Shown in pieces: positions 1 through 10,642 of a stretch of 64,000 nucleotides of DNA. The first letter of the stretch is position 1. Every line of letters begins with the position of its first letter. Under the pieces are notes generated by a model. The model was not told the DNA's origin, did not search any database, and saw nothing but the letters and a program-made list of their open reading frames with translations. Source of the stretch: Candidatus Dormiibacterota bacterium (GTDB lineage Bacteria; Chloroflexota; Dormibacteria; Aeolococcales; Aeolococcaceae); the NCBI GenBank assembly GCA_963718525.1, contig OY970355.1, forward strand, positions 1,312,001 to 1,376,000. Direction: 5' to 3'. Position numbers and translations under genes: made by a program.

Positions 1-120
1 ATGCTCGGCCGGCTCAAGCTCAAGGGTGACTTTCCGACCATCGTGCGCTACACCAAGGCGTCGCAGGAGCTCACCAACTGCACCACCCGCGTGCCGGTCA
101 GGTGGCCGGACGAGACCTGA
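1..120 (+). CDS. 3' end of a probable SCP2 sterol-carrier/lipid-binding domain protein (partial)
   Basis: Frame 1 reads MLGRLKLKGDFPTIVRYTKASQELTNCTTRVPVRWPDET*. The M-x-G-(R/K)-L-K-x-x-G-D pattern is typical of the SCP2 C-terminus, and beta-oxidation genes follow. Confidence 0.55.
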   Translation: MLGRLKLKGDFPTIVRYTKASQELTNCTTRVPVRWPDET

Positions 121-125
121 CGCCC

Positions 126-1043
126 ATGCCCGCATCCCGACGGGACGCCGGCGCTCGCGGCCGGCTGCTCGTCGTCGGCGCCGGGACCATGGGAGCCCAG
201 ATCGCCCAGCAGGCGGCGCTCAACGGGATCGACGTCTCGCTCGTCGACGTGGACGCCGAGCATCTCCAGCGGGCCATGGCATCGAACCGGCAGCTGCTCG
301 ACCGGCGAGTTGAGAAAGGCAGGCTGGAACGTGAGGACGCCGAGGCCGCCGCGAGCCGCGTGACGCCGACGACCGACCTCGCCGCGGCGGCTTCCCAGTC
401 CGCATGGGCGATCGAAGCCGTCGTGGAACTTCCGTCGGTCAAGCGCGAGATCTTCTCCGAGCTGGATGCTCACCTTCCGGCGCGCGCGGGGATCGCCACC
501 AACTCGAGCAACATCGTGGTGTCTCGTCTCGCCGATGCGACCGCGCGGCCGGAGCTGTGCTGCAACATGCACTTCTTCCACCCCGTGCTGGTGATGGACC
601 TCTGCGAGGTGGTGCGAGGACCCGAGACCTCCGACGAGACGACGTTGCGAGCCGTGGCGTGGTCGAAGCGCATGGGCAGGACACCGATCGTGGTGGCGAA
701 GGAGATCGACGGCTTCATCGTGAACCGCGTCCTGGGCGCGGCCTCGCGGGAGGCGTTCTCGCTGCTACAGGGAGGGCTGGCCTCTGCCGAAGACATCGAC
801 ATCGCGGTACGCAAGGGGCTCAACTGGCCGATGGGCCCGTTCCAGCTGGCCGACTTCTCTGGGCTTGACACCGTCCTGACCATCCGTCGCGATCGCATGG
901 AGCGCGAGAACGCCCCGGGTGACGTTGCCACCGTCGCCGTCCTCGAGCGGATGGTGCGTGCCGGCCGCCTGGGCCGCAAGACCGGCCGGGGCTTCTACGA
1001 CTACGCGGTCGACCCGCCGGCGCCCCTGCCGCTTCCCGACTGA
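126..1043 (+). CDS. 3-hydroxyacyl-CoA (3-hydroxybutyryl-CoA) dehydrogenase
   Basis: Rossmann motif VVGAGTMG, plus IEAVVE, ATNSS, catalytic HFFHP, GFIVNR, PMGPF and GRKTGRGFY. Start placed at ATG 126, just after the upstream stop. Confidence 0.92.
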   Translation: MPASRRDAGARGRLLVVGAGTMGAQIAQQAALNGIDVSLVDVDAEHLQRAMASNRQLLDRRVEKGRLEREDAEAAASRVTPTTDLAAAASQSAWAIEAVVELPSVKREIFSELDAHLPARAGIATNSSNIVVSRLADATARPELCCNMHFFHPVLVMDLCEVVRGPETSDETTLRAVAWSKRMGRTPIVVAKEIDGFIVNRVLGAASREAFSLLQGGLASAEDIDIAVRKGLNWPMGPFQLADFSGLDTVLTIRRDRMERENAPGDVATVAVLERMVRAGRLGRKTGRGFYDYAVDPPAPLPLPD

Positions 1044-2272
1044 GCGAGCACCGCGCGAGCGGGGCTCCCGGAGCGCGTTCTCGTGGCGGGGATCATCAGG
1101 GCCGCGACACCCATGCCCAGCAGCGCGAGGGGCACGAGCCTGCCGGGCGGGGCGGGGGCCGCGTTGCCGGTGTCCATGAGGGTGAAGACGGCGAGGATCG
1201 CCCAGGCCGCGAGCACCCGAATCGTGATCACGCCGGGCCAGGGCGCGACCTCCGAAGCAGCGGCGCGAGCCATGCACCAGGCGAGTACGGGCGCGACGAT
1301 CACGAGATCGTGCGCAAGGAGATGTGGCGACGCGACCAACGAGAGCGCCGTCGCGCCGGCGAGTGACACCTCGAGCGCTCCCGGGTTGCCGCGAGATCGA
1401 ATCCCGAGCAGCGCGCAAGCGGCCAGCGCGACCGCCGACCCGGCGATGCCGATGGCCACCGCCGCGCCGCCGCCTCCCAGCCAGGATGCGATCAGCCCAG
1501 GCATGCCGAGGGTGCTCGCCGCCGGCGTGTTGCCGATGGCGAAGCCCAACGCGGACATGAACCCGGCGATGCCCGCGGGACCCACGAGCCCCAGCGACGC
1601 CGCGGCGGCAATGGCGCAGCCGCACGCGGCACCGGCGAGCGCTCGCCAGTCACGCCGCGCGATGAGCCAGATGCCGAGCCCGAGTGCCAGGTGTGGCTTG
1701 GTCGAGGCAAATGCCAGCGCCATCCAGAAGCCGGCGAGCCCCGGATGCCCCTTCCGCCAGGCTGCGTATGCGGCGGCGAGCCCGAGGGCGGCAACGCCAT
1801 CGATCTGGCCGAGGAGGAGGAACGCGTACGTGCCGCCCCCGGCCGCCGCGACGAGCAATGTTGCGGCGCGGGGCCCACGTCCGAGCTGCAGGGGCCACGG
1901 CCCCGCCCGGATGGCCACCCACACGGCGAGCACGACCAGGAGGAGTTCGATCGCCGACCACACCCGGAAGGCGGTCCCCGGGTCCAGAACCGTGAGCGGG
2001 AGCGCCAGCAGGGCGGCAGTCGGCGGGGTTATGAACGGGAGATTGATGACCGTGCCCGCGGGGAGCAGGGTGAGGTGCCGCGAATGCTCGACCTGCTGGT
2101 CGTACAGCTGGGCTCCGTCACCGCCGCGCAGCAGCAGCGCAGCCACGTACGACGCTGAGAAGTCGGTGCCCCGTTCGCGCACAGGGGTCACCTGGGCCCA
2201 TGCGATCGCGTAGTAGGCGAGGAGGACGGTGCTGACGGCGGCCGCGATGGTGACCGCGCGACTGGTTCTCAC
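1001..2272 (-). CDS. GT87/DUF2029 polytopic membrane glycosyltransferase (GT-C fold)
   Basis: DF..SY near the N-terminus, LYD, PFITPP, LLGQ, KPHL and SPH..HD, with many TM helices. Overlaps the convergent upstream gene by 43 nt. Confidence 0.8.
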   Translation of the reverse strand: MRTSRAVTIAAAVSTVLLAYYAIAWAQVTPVRERGTDFSASYVAALLLRGGDGAQLYDQQVEHSRHLTLLPAGTVINLPFITPPTAALLALPLTVLDPGTAFRVWSAIELLLVVLAVWVAIRAGPWPLQLGRGPRAATLLVAAAGGGTYAFLLLGQIDGVAALGLAAAYAAWRKGHPGLAGFWMALAFASTKPHLALGLGIWLIARRDWRALAGAACGCAIAAAASLGLVGPAGIAGFMSALGFAIGNTPAASTLGMPGLIASWLGGGGAAVAIGIAGSAVALAACALLGIRSRGNPGALEVSLAGATALSLVASPHLLAHDLVIVAPVLAWCMARAAASEVAPWPGVITIRVLAAWAILAVFTLMDTGNAAPAPPGRLVPLALLGMGVAALMIPATRTRSGSPARAVLAQSGSGRGAGGSTA

Positions 2273-2347
2273 GGCATCCGGACGCTAGCATCGAGCTCCC
2301 AGGAGCGAACGCGGCGTTGCCGTATTGCTTCCTATACTCGGCCGACG

Positions 2348-2782
2348 ATGGCGAGCGCATTCACCGGGATCGACCACGTGGGAATCGCCGTCGCCGACCT
2401 GAATCTCGCGGTCGCCGCCTATGAGCGACTTACCGGTTCGGCGCCCGCGCATCGCCAGGTGGTCACGTCCGACGGCATCGAGGCGGTCATGTTCCAGGTG
2501 GGCGAATCGAGGATCGAGCTGCTCGGGAGCACCGGTCCCGATTCGAAGATCGCCGGATTCCTCGCGCGCCGCGGCGGCGGGCTCCATCACGTCGCCTACG
2601 GCGTCGACGACGTCCAGGCAAGCCTCGACCATTTCGCCGAGCTCGGTCTCCAGCTGCTCGACACGTGTCCGCGCCAGGGTGCGGCCGGCAGGCTGGTGGC
2701 GTTTCTGCACCCGTCGGCCGGAGCCGGGGTGCTCACCGAACTGTGTCAGCCGGACCAGGAGAAGAGCGGGTCGCACGCATGA
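2348..2782 (+). CDS. mce: methylmalonyl-CoA epimerase
   Basis: IDHVGIAV, IELL, GLHHVAY, FLHP and GVLTEL motifs. ATGA-coupled to the mutase gene. Confidence 0.93.
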   Translation: MASAFTGIDHVGIAVADLNLAVAAYERLTGSAPAHRQVVTSDGIEAVMFQVGESRIELLGSTGPDSKIAGFLARRGGGLHHVAYGVDDVQASLDHFAELGLQLLDTCPRQGAAGRLVAFLHPSAGAGVLTELCQPDQEKSGSHA

Positions 2783-4365
2783 GCGACCACCCCGGCGCGG
2801 AGGCCAGTCGCGCCGATACGGAGTTGGGGATCCCGTTGGAACCCTATTACGCCGACCAGCACGACCCCCCGCCTCCACCCGGCGAGTACCCGTACACGCG
2901 GGGAATCCGCGCCGACGGGTACCGGTCGCGGCTCTGGACCATGCGTCAGTACGCGGGCTTCGGAAGCGCTGAGCAGACCAACGAACGGTTCCACTACCTG
3001 CTGCGTGCCGGCCAGAGCGGGCTCTCCGTGGCGTTCGACCTGCCCACGCAAATGGGCTACGACAGCGATGACCCGGTGGCCCACGGGGAGGTCGGCAAGG
3101 TCGGCGTCGCCATCGACTCCCTCGAGGACATGGAGCTGCTCATGCGTGGGATCCCGCAGGACCGCGTGACCACGTCGATGACAATCAACGCGCCCGCGTC
3201 GGTGCTCCTGCTGCTGTATGAGCTCGCGGCCGAACGCAAGGGCATCGACGCGTCCACGCTCGGAGGGACGATCCAGAACGACATCCTCAAGGAATACGCC
3301 GCGCGGGGCACCTACATCTTTCCGCCGAAGCCGTCGATGCGGCTGGTCACCGATACCTTCGCGTACTGCGCAGAGCGTCTGCCGCGCTGGAACACCATCA
3401 GCATCAGCGGCTACCACATACGCGAGGCCGGGGCGACGGCACCACAGGAGATCGGCTTCACGCTGAGCAACGGCGTCGCATACGTGCAGGCCGCGATCGA
3501 TGCCGGCCTCGATGTCGAGGACTTCGCCCCACGACTGAGCTTCTTCTTCAACGTCAGCAACGATTTCTTCGAAGAGGTCGCCAAGTTCCGCGCCGCTCGC
3601 GCGCTCTGGGCGGAGGTGATGCACGACCGCTTCGGCGCCACCGGAGAGCGCAGCCTGCAGCTGCGATTTCATGCGCAGACGAGCGGTGCGACGCTCACGG
3701 CGCAACAACCGCTGAACAACGTGGTGCGGGTCTCGCTGCAGGCGCTCGCGGCAATCTGTGGTGGCGCGCAATCGCTGCACACCAACAGCTATGACGAGGC
3801 CCTCGCGCTGCCGTCGGAACAGGCGGCGGAGATCGCGCTGCGCACCCAGCAGGTCATCGGCTTCGAGACCGGTGCCGCCAACGTCACCGATCCAATTGGT
3901 GGAGCACACCTCGTCGAGGCGCTGACCCACGAGCTCATGGAGGAATCGCGGACGCTCATGAGCCGTGTCGACGAACTTGGAGGTGCGGTGGCGGCGATCG
4001 ACGCCGGCTTCTACCAGCAGCAGATCCAGGAATCGGCCTACCGGCATCAGCGCCTCGTCGAAGCTGGGGAACGCGTCATCGTCGGCGTCAACCGGTTCAC
4101 CGAGACGTCGCAACCGGCGGTGCCGATCCTCCGTGTCGAGGCCGGCCTGGAGACCGAGCAGATCGCGCGGCTGCAGAAGATGCGCGCCGCCCGCTCCACC
4201 ACGGCAGTCACCCGTGCGCTCGATGCGCTGCACGCCGGTGCCGAGGGTAGCGACAATCTGTTGCCGCTGATGCGAACCGCGCTTGACGCCCACGCGACCG
4301 TCGGCGAGGTGTGCGGCACGCTTCGCGAAGTGTTCGGCGTCTATCGTCCGGCGGTCACGGTGTGA
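2779..4365 (+). CDS. mcmA: methylmalonyl-CoA mutase, substrate-binding (large) subunit, no B12-binding domain
   Basis: GEYPYTRG, WTMRQYAGF (Tyr), [13 protein letters not shown] (Arg), [11 protein letters not shown] and LHTNSYDE. No C-terminal DxHxxG domain. Confidence 0.9.
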   Translation: MSDHPGAEASRADTELGIPLEPYYADQHDPPPPPGEYPYTRGIRADGYRSRLWTMRQYAGFGSAEQTNERFHYLLRAGQSGLSVAFDLPTQMGYDSDDPVAHGEVGKVGVAIDSLEDMELLMRGIPQDRVTTSMTINAPASVLLLLYELAAERKGIDASTLGGTIQNDILKEYAARGTYIFPPKPSMRLVTDTFAYCAERLPRWNTISISGYHIREAGATAPQEIGFTLSNGVAYVQAAIDAGLDVEDFAPRLSFFFNVSNDFFEEVAKFRAARALWAEVMHDRFGATGERSLQLRFHAQTSGATLTAQQPLNNVVRVSLQALAAICGGAQSLHTNSYDEALALPSEQAAEIALRTQQVIGFETGAANVTDPIGGAHLVEALTHELMEESRTLMSRVDELGGAVAAIDAGFYQQQIQESAYRHQRLVEAGERVIVGVNRFTETSQPAVPILRVEAGLETEQIARLQKMRAARSTTAVTRALDALHAGAEGSDNLLPLMRTALDAHATVGEVCGTLREVFGVYRPAVTV

Positions 4366-4402
4366 GCACGAAGCCCAAGTGGTCCCCTGGTAGCCTGACG
4401 CC

Positions 4403-6064
4403 GTGAGCAGACAGGCGCGCAAGGGCGTCCCTCCGGTCGGCGCCGGCGACGGTGTCAACGCCGCGAGCACTCCCGGCTCCGCCGGCGAGAGCGGAGCGTC
4501 GACGAGCGGGTCGCGTGTTGGCACCGGCAGGAAGATCAACATGCTCCGTAAGCGCAGGTACGACGCCGTCCATCGTGGTGGTGCCGCAGAGCGATCCCAG
4601 CACGCGAAGGGCAAGCTCACCGCGCGCGAGCGCATCGACCGCCTGCTCGATCCCGGTTCCTTCACGGAGCTCGACATGTTCGCCCTTCACCGGACGACCA
4701 ACTTCGACATGGAGGAGCGGAGGATCCGCGGTGATGGCGTGATCACCGGCTGGGGCACGATCGCCGGCCGCCAGATATTCGTGTTCAGTCACGACGCGTC
4801 GGTCTTCGGCGGATCGCTCGGCGAGGTGTTCGCCGAGAAGGTCACCAAGATCATGGATCTGGCGCTGACGACCGGCTGCCCGTGTATCGGCATCAACGAC
4901 TCCGGGGGCGCGCGCATCCAGGAGGGCGTCGTGTCCCTGGCGGGCTATGCCGAGATCTTCTACCGCAACGTCGAATCGAGCGGGGTCATCCCGCAGCTCT
5001 CTTTGATCGCCGGGCCGTGCACAGGCGGCGCGGTGTACTCACCCGCGATGACCGATTTCATCTTCATGGTGCGCAAGGTCGGGTACATGTTCATCACCGG
5101 CCCCGATGTCATCAAGGTCACCACCGGCGAGGAGGTGACCTTCGAGGAACTCGGCGGCTCGGACGTGCACAATCAGCGAAGCGGGGTCGCCCATTTCATC
5201 GCCGACACCGAGGATGAGGCGTTCGGACAGATGCGTGAGCTGCTGTCGTACCTGCCGCCCAACAACCACGAGCGGCCGCCCTACCGGCCCACCCTCGACG
5301 ATCCCCATCGCGAGGATGCCGAGCTGCAGACGATCATCCCTGACAACCCGAATCAGCCCTACGACATGCGCGGTGTGGTCACGCGCATCGTCGACGAGGG
5401 CCGCTTTCTGGAGGTGATGCAGTACCACGCCGAGAACGTCATCTGCGGGTTCGCCAGGCTGGACGGCAACCCGGTCGGCGTCGTCGGCAATCAGCCGCGT
5501 GTCCTCGCGGGGGCGCTCGACATCTCCGCGTCGATCAAGGCGGCGCGCTTCGTGCGCTTCTGCGACGCGTTCAATGTGCCGCTCGTGACCTTCGTCGACG
5601 TGCCCGGCTTCCTCCCCGGGACTGACCAGGAGTACGGCGGCATCATCCGCCACGGTGCCAAGCTGCTCTTCGCGTACTGCGAGGCGACAGTGCCGAAGCT
5701 CACGGTGATCACGCGCAAGGCGTACGGCGGCGCGTATGACGTCATGTGCTCCAAGCACATCCGCGCCGACTACAACGTGGCATGGCCCACTGCGGAGATC
5801 GCCGTGATGGGACCGCAGGGCGCTGTCAGCGTCATCTTCAAGCGCGAGATCGCTCAGGCGGACGACCCCAAGCAGCGCTCAGACGAGCTGATCGAGGACT
5901 ATCGCGAGCAGTTCGCCAATCCGTACTACGCGGCGGAGCGAGGCTATATCGACGACGTGATCGAGCCTCGCCAGACGCGCGCCGCACTCATCGCGGCGCT
6001 GCGAATGGCGCGAGACAAGAAGGTTCGGACGCCGGAACGCAAGCACGGCAACATCCCGCTCTGA
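4403..6064 (+). CDS. pccB: acyl-CoA (propionyl-CoA) carboxylase beta/carboxyltransferase subunit
   Basis: [44 protein letters not shown] and C-terminal RKHGNIPL. Confidence 0.92.
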   Translation: MSRQARKGVPPVGAGDGVNAASTPGSAGESGASTSGSRVGTGRKINMLRKRRYDAVHRGGAAERSQHAKGKLTARERIDRLLDPGSFTELDMFALHRTTNFDMEERRIRGDGVITGWGTIAGRQIFVFSHDASVFGGSLGEVFAEKVTKIMDLALTTGCPCIGINDSGGARIQEGVVSLAGYAEIFYRNVESSGVIPQLSLIAGPCTGGAVYSPAMTDFIFMVRKVGYMFITGPDVIKVTTGEEVTFEELGGSDVHNQRSGVAHFIADTEDEAFGQMRELLSYLPPNNHERPPYRPTLDDPHREDAELQTIIPDNPNQPYDMRGVVTRIVDEGRFLEVMQYHAENVICGFARLDGNPVGVVGNQPRVLAGALDISASIKAARFVRFCDAFNVPLVTFVDVPGFLPGTDQEYGGIIRHGAKLLFAYCEATVPKLTVITRKAYGGAYDVMCSKHIRADYNVAWPTAEIAVMGPQGAVSVIFKREIAQADDPKQRSDELIEDYREQFANPYYAAERGYIDDVIEPRQTRAALIAALRMARDKKVRTPERKHGNIPL

Positions 6065-6067
6065 CGG

Positions 6068-7345
6068 TCAGCGCGGATTGACGCGCCGTCCACCGGTTCG
6101 CGGTGCGGAATCCTTGAGGCTCGCGGACAGCGGGACGTACGCCTTGGCGTAGGCCCTATCGGTACGGCCCTGGGCGTGGTGGATGGCCGGGACCGCGGCG
6201 CGCACCAGGAGCACCTGGAGTGCGGCCGCGACCGGCACCGCGAGGATCGCGCCAATGAGGCCCTGGATGGCTCCGCCGACCAGGAGGGCGAGGACGACCC
6301 CGAGCGCCGGCAGCGACACGACGCGGTTCATCACCATGGGCACAACCGTGTTCGCGTCGACGAACTGGATCACCATCAGGACGACGAGCACCACGATCGG
6401 GTACTCGGGACTGATGGTGAAGCCGAGCAACACCGCTGGGATCACGCCGATGATGCCGCCCACCATGGGAATCGCAGCAGTGAGGCCGGCGAAGATGCCG
6501 AGGATGACCGGGTCGGGAAGGCGGAGCAGCCAGCACACGAGTTCGACCACGAGTTCAAGCGCGAGGCTGTTGATCGCCACCGCGCGCAGGAAGCCGCCCA
6601 TACGGAATCCCATCTCTCGAAAGATGTCGACGATCAGGTCGTGATGGGCTTCGGGGAACAGGTCGACGGTGAACGACTTGAGGCGGTCGCTGCTCACCAG
6701 CCAGAGGAAGCCGACGACGAGCACGAGCACGAAGTCGACGATGATGCTGAAGATCGTGCCGCCAATTGCCAGCAGGATGTTGCGCGTCGCGTCGATGAAC
6801 GTGCTCACCTGCTGGGCGATGTTGACGTTGAAGTGAAATTGCTGCTCGACCCCGGTGAACCACTTGAGAAAGTCCTTCTGGTACGCGGGAAAGTTGGTGG
6901 CAAGCGACGAAGCCTCACTGACAATCGGCTGCACGAGCAGCAGCACCATGATTGCGATGAACGCGAGCACGGCGATGTAGACGATCAGGATGCCAACCGG
7001 CCGTGGAACGCGGCGGCGGTGCAGGTCGTCGACCAGTGGCCGGATCCCCTCGGCGAACACGATCGCGACGAGCACGACGAGGACGATGCTGATGATCGAC
7101 GCGAGGAAGGCAACCAGTGCGACAACGCCGAGCACGATGAGCGCCGCGGTCACGAGCGTGCGCACGCTGATGACGTTGACGCCCTCGCGACGCGATGTCT
7201 TCGGCGGCTCGGTGGCGACGCGGTCGGAAGCAGCCCCGATGTGAGGTTCAGCCGGCTCTGGCGCCGGACCTTCGTCTGGTTCAGTCCCGACGACGCGCTC
7301 TGCCAACCGGGCCAGCCTACCAGCCTCCGGTTGCGGTTGAGACAT
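6068..7345 (-). CDS. AI-2E (PerM) family transporter
   Basis: TM pattern plus IPMVGG, QFVDANTVVPMVM and GAILAVPVAA signatures. Confidence 0.85.
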   Translation of the reverse strand: MSQPQPEAGRLARLAERVVGTEPDEGPAPEPAEPHIGAASDRVATEPPKTSRREGVNVISVRTLVTAALIVLGVVALVAFLASIISIVLVVLVAIVFAEGIRPLVDDLHRRRVPRPVGILIVYIAVLAFIAIMVLLLVQPIVSEASSLATNFPAYQKDFLKWFTGVEQQFHFNVNIAQQVSTFIDATRNILLAIGGTIFSIIVDFVLVLVVGFLWLVSSDRLKSFTVDLFPEAHHDLIVDIFREMGFRMGGFLRAVAINSLALELVVELVCWLLRLPDPVILGIFAGLTAAIPMVGGIIGVIPAVLLGFTISPEYPIVVLVVLMVIQFVDANTVVPMVMNRVVSLPALGVVLALLVGGAIQGLIGAILAVPVAAALQVLLVRAAVPAIHHAQGRTDRAYAKAYVPLSASLKDSAPRTGGRRVNPR

Positions 7346-7368
7346 GGGCTTTGCGTACTCTGTCCTGC

Positions 7369-8316
7369 GTGAGCGGCCTCGAGGCGCGTCCCATTGACGG
7401 AGGGGTCCTCCAGGCCTCGGTGGTCGGACTAGGTTGCAACAATTTCGGCCGCGGCGTGGATGCTGAAGGCACGGCGCGTGTGGTCCACGCTGCGCTCGAG
7501 GAGGGGATCACCTTTTTCGACACCGCCGACATCTACGGAGGCGGACAGAGCGAGGAGATGCTTGGCGCTGCGCTCAAGGGGCGTCGCCAGGATGTGGTCA
7601 TCGCGTCCAAATTCGGGCATTCGTCCGGTGGGGCTGGGCGTGGGGGCTCTCGCGAATGGATCCGCGTCGCCGTCGAGAACAGCCTCAGGCGCCTCGGCAC
7701 CGACTGGATCGACCTCTACCAGCTCCATACCCCGGACCCTGCGACGCCGATCGAGGAGACGCTGGCGACGCTGACGGAATTGGTGAGCGAGGGCAAGATC
7801 CGCTGCGCCGGTTCGTCGAACCTGGCGGGATGGCAGATCGCGGACGCCGATTGGATGGCGCGCACCCGAGGACTTACCAGGTTCGTCACCGCGCAGAACG
7901 CGTACAGCCTCCTCGATCGGTGGATCGAGGTGGAGGTGATCCCGGCGTGCGCGCGCTTCGACGTTGGGATGCTCCCGTACAGCCCACTCGCCAACGGCTT
8001 GCTCACGGGCAAGCACCGGCGCGGCCAGCCGCCCGTGCCAGGCAGCCGCCTCGCCTCGGTGCCTGGGGCCAACCCGAGCCGCTGGCTCACCGACGCGAAC
8101 TTCGACATCGTCGAAGCGCTCGAGGGCTATGCGCACGAGCGCGGCATCTCGCTGCTGGAGGTCGCAATCGGGGGTCTCGCCGCGCAACCTCAGGTGGTCT
8201 CGGTCATCGCCGGGGCAACCTCAGTCGAGCAGGTGCGGGCAAATGCACGAGCCGGCCGGTGGCGTCCGAGCGCCGACGACCTGGAGGAGCTCGACCGGAT
8301 CGCGCCTCGTCGATGA
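7369..8316 (+). CDS. aldo/keto reductase
   Basis: GLGCNNFG, FDTADIYG, SKFG, SLRRLGTDWIDLYQLH and PYSPLANGLLTGK. GTG start 7 nt after TACTCT. Confidence 0.9.
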   Translation: MSGLEARPIDGGVLQASVVGLGCNNFGRGVDAEGTARVVHAALEEGITFFDTADIYGGGQSEEMLGAALKGRRQDVVIASKFGHSSGGAGRGGSREWIRVAVENSLRRLGTDWIDLYQLHTPDPATPIEETLATLTELVSEGKIRCAGSSNLAGWQIADADWMARTRGLTRFVTAQNAYSLLDRWIEVEVIPACARFDVGMLPYSPLANGLLTGKHRRGQPPVPGSRLASVPGANPSRWLTDANFDIVEALEGYAHERGISLLEVAIGGLAAQPQVVSVIAGATSVEQVRANARAGRWRPSADDLEELDRIAPRR

Positions 8317-8347
8317 CCCGGCACGCTTTCTCTAGACTGGCCCGCCG

Positions 8348-9535
8348 ATGAAGCTGCTCGAGTACCAGGCGAAACAGCGCTTTGCTTCAGCCGGCATCGC
8401 GGTCCCGCCGGGCCGGCTGGCGCGAACCCCGGAGGAGGCCGCAGCAGCGGCTCGCGAGCTCGGCCGCGTCGCTGTCAAGGCGCAGGTGCCCATCGGCGGG
8501 AGAGGCAAGGCGGGTGGCATCGCCGTCGTCGACACCCCAGAGGAGGCCCAGCGCGAGGCTGCGCGGATCCTGGCGATGGACATCCGCGGCTACCCGGTGC
8601 GGAGCGTCTGGTGCGAGACCGGTCTCTCCATCGAAGCGGAGCTCTACCTGGGGATCACGCTGGACCGCGATCGCCGCCGCCTGGTGATCATCTTCTCGGC
8701 GGCGGGCGGCATGGAGATCGAGCAGGTCGCCGTCGAGGCTCCTGAGCGCATCGCCAAGCTGTGGCCCGATCCGTTTGCGGGTCCGCAGCCCTTCGAGATC
8801 CGCCGGCTGGCGTTTGCAGGGTTGGCGCATGCGCCGGAGCTGCGCGACCGCGTCCCGAAGTTGGTGAGCACCCTGGTCGGACTCACCACTCGGCTCTACT
8901 CGGTCGCGGTGTCTTTCGATGCGCTGACGTGCGAGATCAACCCGCTGGTGCTCACGCCGGACGGCGCCCTCGTTGCCGCGGACGGAAAGCTCGAGACCGA
9001 TGAGAACGCGGACTACCGGCACGGGGATGTTGCCGAGGAGCTGGCGCGCGATGAGACCGGCGATGACGGCCGCAGCGGCGACGACCCTTTCGAGGTCGAG
9101 GCGCGCAAACGTGGTCTGACCTACGTACACCTCGACGGCGACATCGGCTGCATCGGCAACGGTGCCGGACTCACGATGAACACGCTCGACCTTGTCAAGC
9201 AGCACGGCGGTGAGCCCGCCAACTTCCTCGACATCGGTGGCGGCGCGAACGCGGAACGCGTGCGCAACGCCCTCGAGATGGTGCTCCTCGACCCCAAGGT
9301 GCGCGGCGTGTTCATCAACATCTTCGGGGGGATCACACGTGGTGACGAGGTCGCGCGCGGGATCATCGCGGCGCGCGACCAGCTGCGAATCACCAAGCCA
9401 TTGGTCGTTCGCATGACGGGGACCATGGAAGAAGAGGGTCGGCAGTTACTGGAAGAAGCAGGCATCGTCCCGGCCAAGAGCGCCAGCGAAGCGGCCGAGA
9501 GCATCGTCGCGCTTACCAGGGGGGGCAGCGAATGA
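8348..9535 (+). CDS. sucC: succinyl-CoA synthetase beta subunit
   Basis: MKLLEYQAK, KAQVPIGGRGKAGGI, EINPL, GNGAGL, PANFLDIGGG and NIFGGI. Confidence 0.93.
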   Translation: MKLLEYQAKQRFASAGIAVPPGRLARTPEEAAAAARELGRVAVKAQVPIGGRGKAGGIAVVDTPEEAQREAARILAMDIRGYPVRSVWCETGLSIEAELYLGITLDRDRRRLVIIFSAAGGMEIEQVAVEAPERIAKLWPDPFAGPQPFEIRRLAFAGLAHAPELRDRVPKLVSTLVGLTTRLYSVAVSFDALTCEINPLVLTPDGALVAADGKLETDENADYRHGDVAEELARDETGDDGRSGDDPFEVEARKRGLTYVHLDGDIGCIGNGAGLTMNTLDLVKQHGGEPANFLDIGGGANAERVRNALEMVLLDPKVRGVFINIFGGITRGDEVARGIIAARDQLRITKPLVVRMTGTMEEEGRQLLEEAGIVPAKSASEAAESIVALTRGGSE

Positions 9536-9698
9536 ACTGCGTCTCGCACGGAGTGGGGAGGGCATGAACGGAGGAGGGCCGTCTCGCAGCCCGGGCTACC
9601 CCCCCGGGCGAGAGCGAGGGGCGGAACGGCGAAGGCGTTCCGACCCCGTGCCCGCCGTAGTTCATGCCCTCCCCACGCCCACTGAAGCCGTCTCATGA
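9532..9698. repeat. palindromic MITE/REP-like insert between sucC and sucD, with a 17-bp perfect inverted repeat and ATGA direct repeats at both ends
   Basis: GTGGGGAGGGCATGAAC (9553-9569) and GTTCATGCCCTCCCCAC (9660-9676). Two internal hairpins (GCCCGGG/CCCGGGC and CGGAACG/CGTTCCG). ATGA at 9532-9535 and 9695-9698. Confidence 0.75.
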
Positions 9699-10579
9699 GC
9701 GTCCTTGTCGATCGGTCCAGCCGCGTCGTCATCCAGGGCATCACCGGGCGCGAGGGGAGCTTTCATACGGGGCAGATGCGCGCTTTCGGGACCAACATCG
9801 TCGCGGGGGTATCGCCCGGCAAGGGTGGGAGCGACCAGGATGGGATCCCCATCTTTGACACGGTCGCCGATGCTGCTGCGGCCACTGGCGCGGACGTGTC
9901 GGGGATCTTCGTGCCGCCTGCTTTTGCCGCTGACGCAATCATGGAGTCAGCCGCCGCAGGGATCCGGTTGACGGTGTGCATCACTGAGGGAATCCCCGTG
10001 CTGGACATGATTCGCGCTCGCGAGTTCGTGCTCCGGACAGGCAACCACCTCCTCGGCGCGAACTGCCCGGGAATCGTGACCCCCGAGCAGTGCAAGGTCG
10101 GGATCATCCCCAACCACATCAACACTCCCGGGCCGGTCGGGATCGTCGGGCGCAGCGGCACCCTCACCTACGAGGTGATACAGGGGCTCGGACAGGGAGG
10201 GATGGGCCAGACGACGTCAGTCGGCATCGGCGGAGACCCGGTGATGGGGCTCAGCTTTCCGGATGTGCTCCGTCTCTTCGCCGACGATACGGAGACGCGC
10301 GCCGTGGTGCTCATCGGTGAGATCGGTGGCTCCGACGAGGAGACCGCGGCCGCGTGGATTCGCGACACCGGATTCGACAAGCCGGTGGTGGCGTTCATCT
10401 CCGGTCGAACGGCGCCTCCGGGAAAGCGAATGGGCCACGCGGGCGCGATCATCAGCGGCAACACCGGCAGCGCGCAGAGCAAGATCGACGCGCTCACCGC
10501 TGCTGGCGCGGAGATCGCCGATACGATCGAGGACGTGGTGCGGTTGACGGCGGCGAGGCTGGACGCTCGCTCTCGCTGA
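9695..10579 (+). CDS. sucD: succinyl-CoA synthetase alpha subunit
   Basis: [31 protein letters not shown] and GEIGG, plus the phospho-His motif RMGHAGAI. Confidence 0.95.
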   Translation: MSVLVDRSSRVVIQGITGREGSFHTGQMRAFGTNIVAGVSPGKGGSDQDGIPIFDTVADAAAATGADVSGIFVPPAFAADAIMESAAAGIRLTVCITEGIPVLDMIRAREFVLRTGNHLLGANCPGIVTPEQCKVGIIPNHINTPGPVGIVGRSGTLTYEVIQGLGQGGMGQTTSVGIGGDPVMGLSFPDVLRLFADDTETRAVVLIGEIGGSDEETAAAWIRDTGFDKPVVAFISGRTAPPGKRMGHAGAIISGNTGSAQSKIDALTAAGAEIADTIEDVVRLTAARLDARSR

Positions 10580-10592
10580 AGAAGCGTCCAGC
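10558..10592 (+). terminator. hairpin spanning the sucD stop (possible terminator or processing site)
   Basis: GCTGGACGCT (10558-10567) and AGCGTCCAGC (10583-10592) form a 10-bp inverted repeat. There is no strong U-tail. Confidence 0.3.
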
Positions 10593-10642
10593 GCTTGACG
10601 TGAATCGCATGGATTGAGCCCAGTCCGCCGCGGTACGGTTAG

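Noticed and set aside
2290-2780. Cobalamin riboswitch ahead of the B12-dependent mutase genes
   Set aside because: The upstream regions of mce and meaB are too short and look leaderless, and I saw no B12-box.
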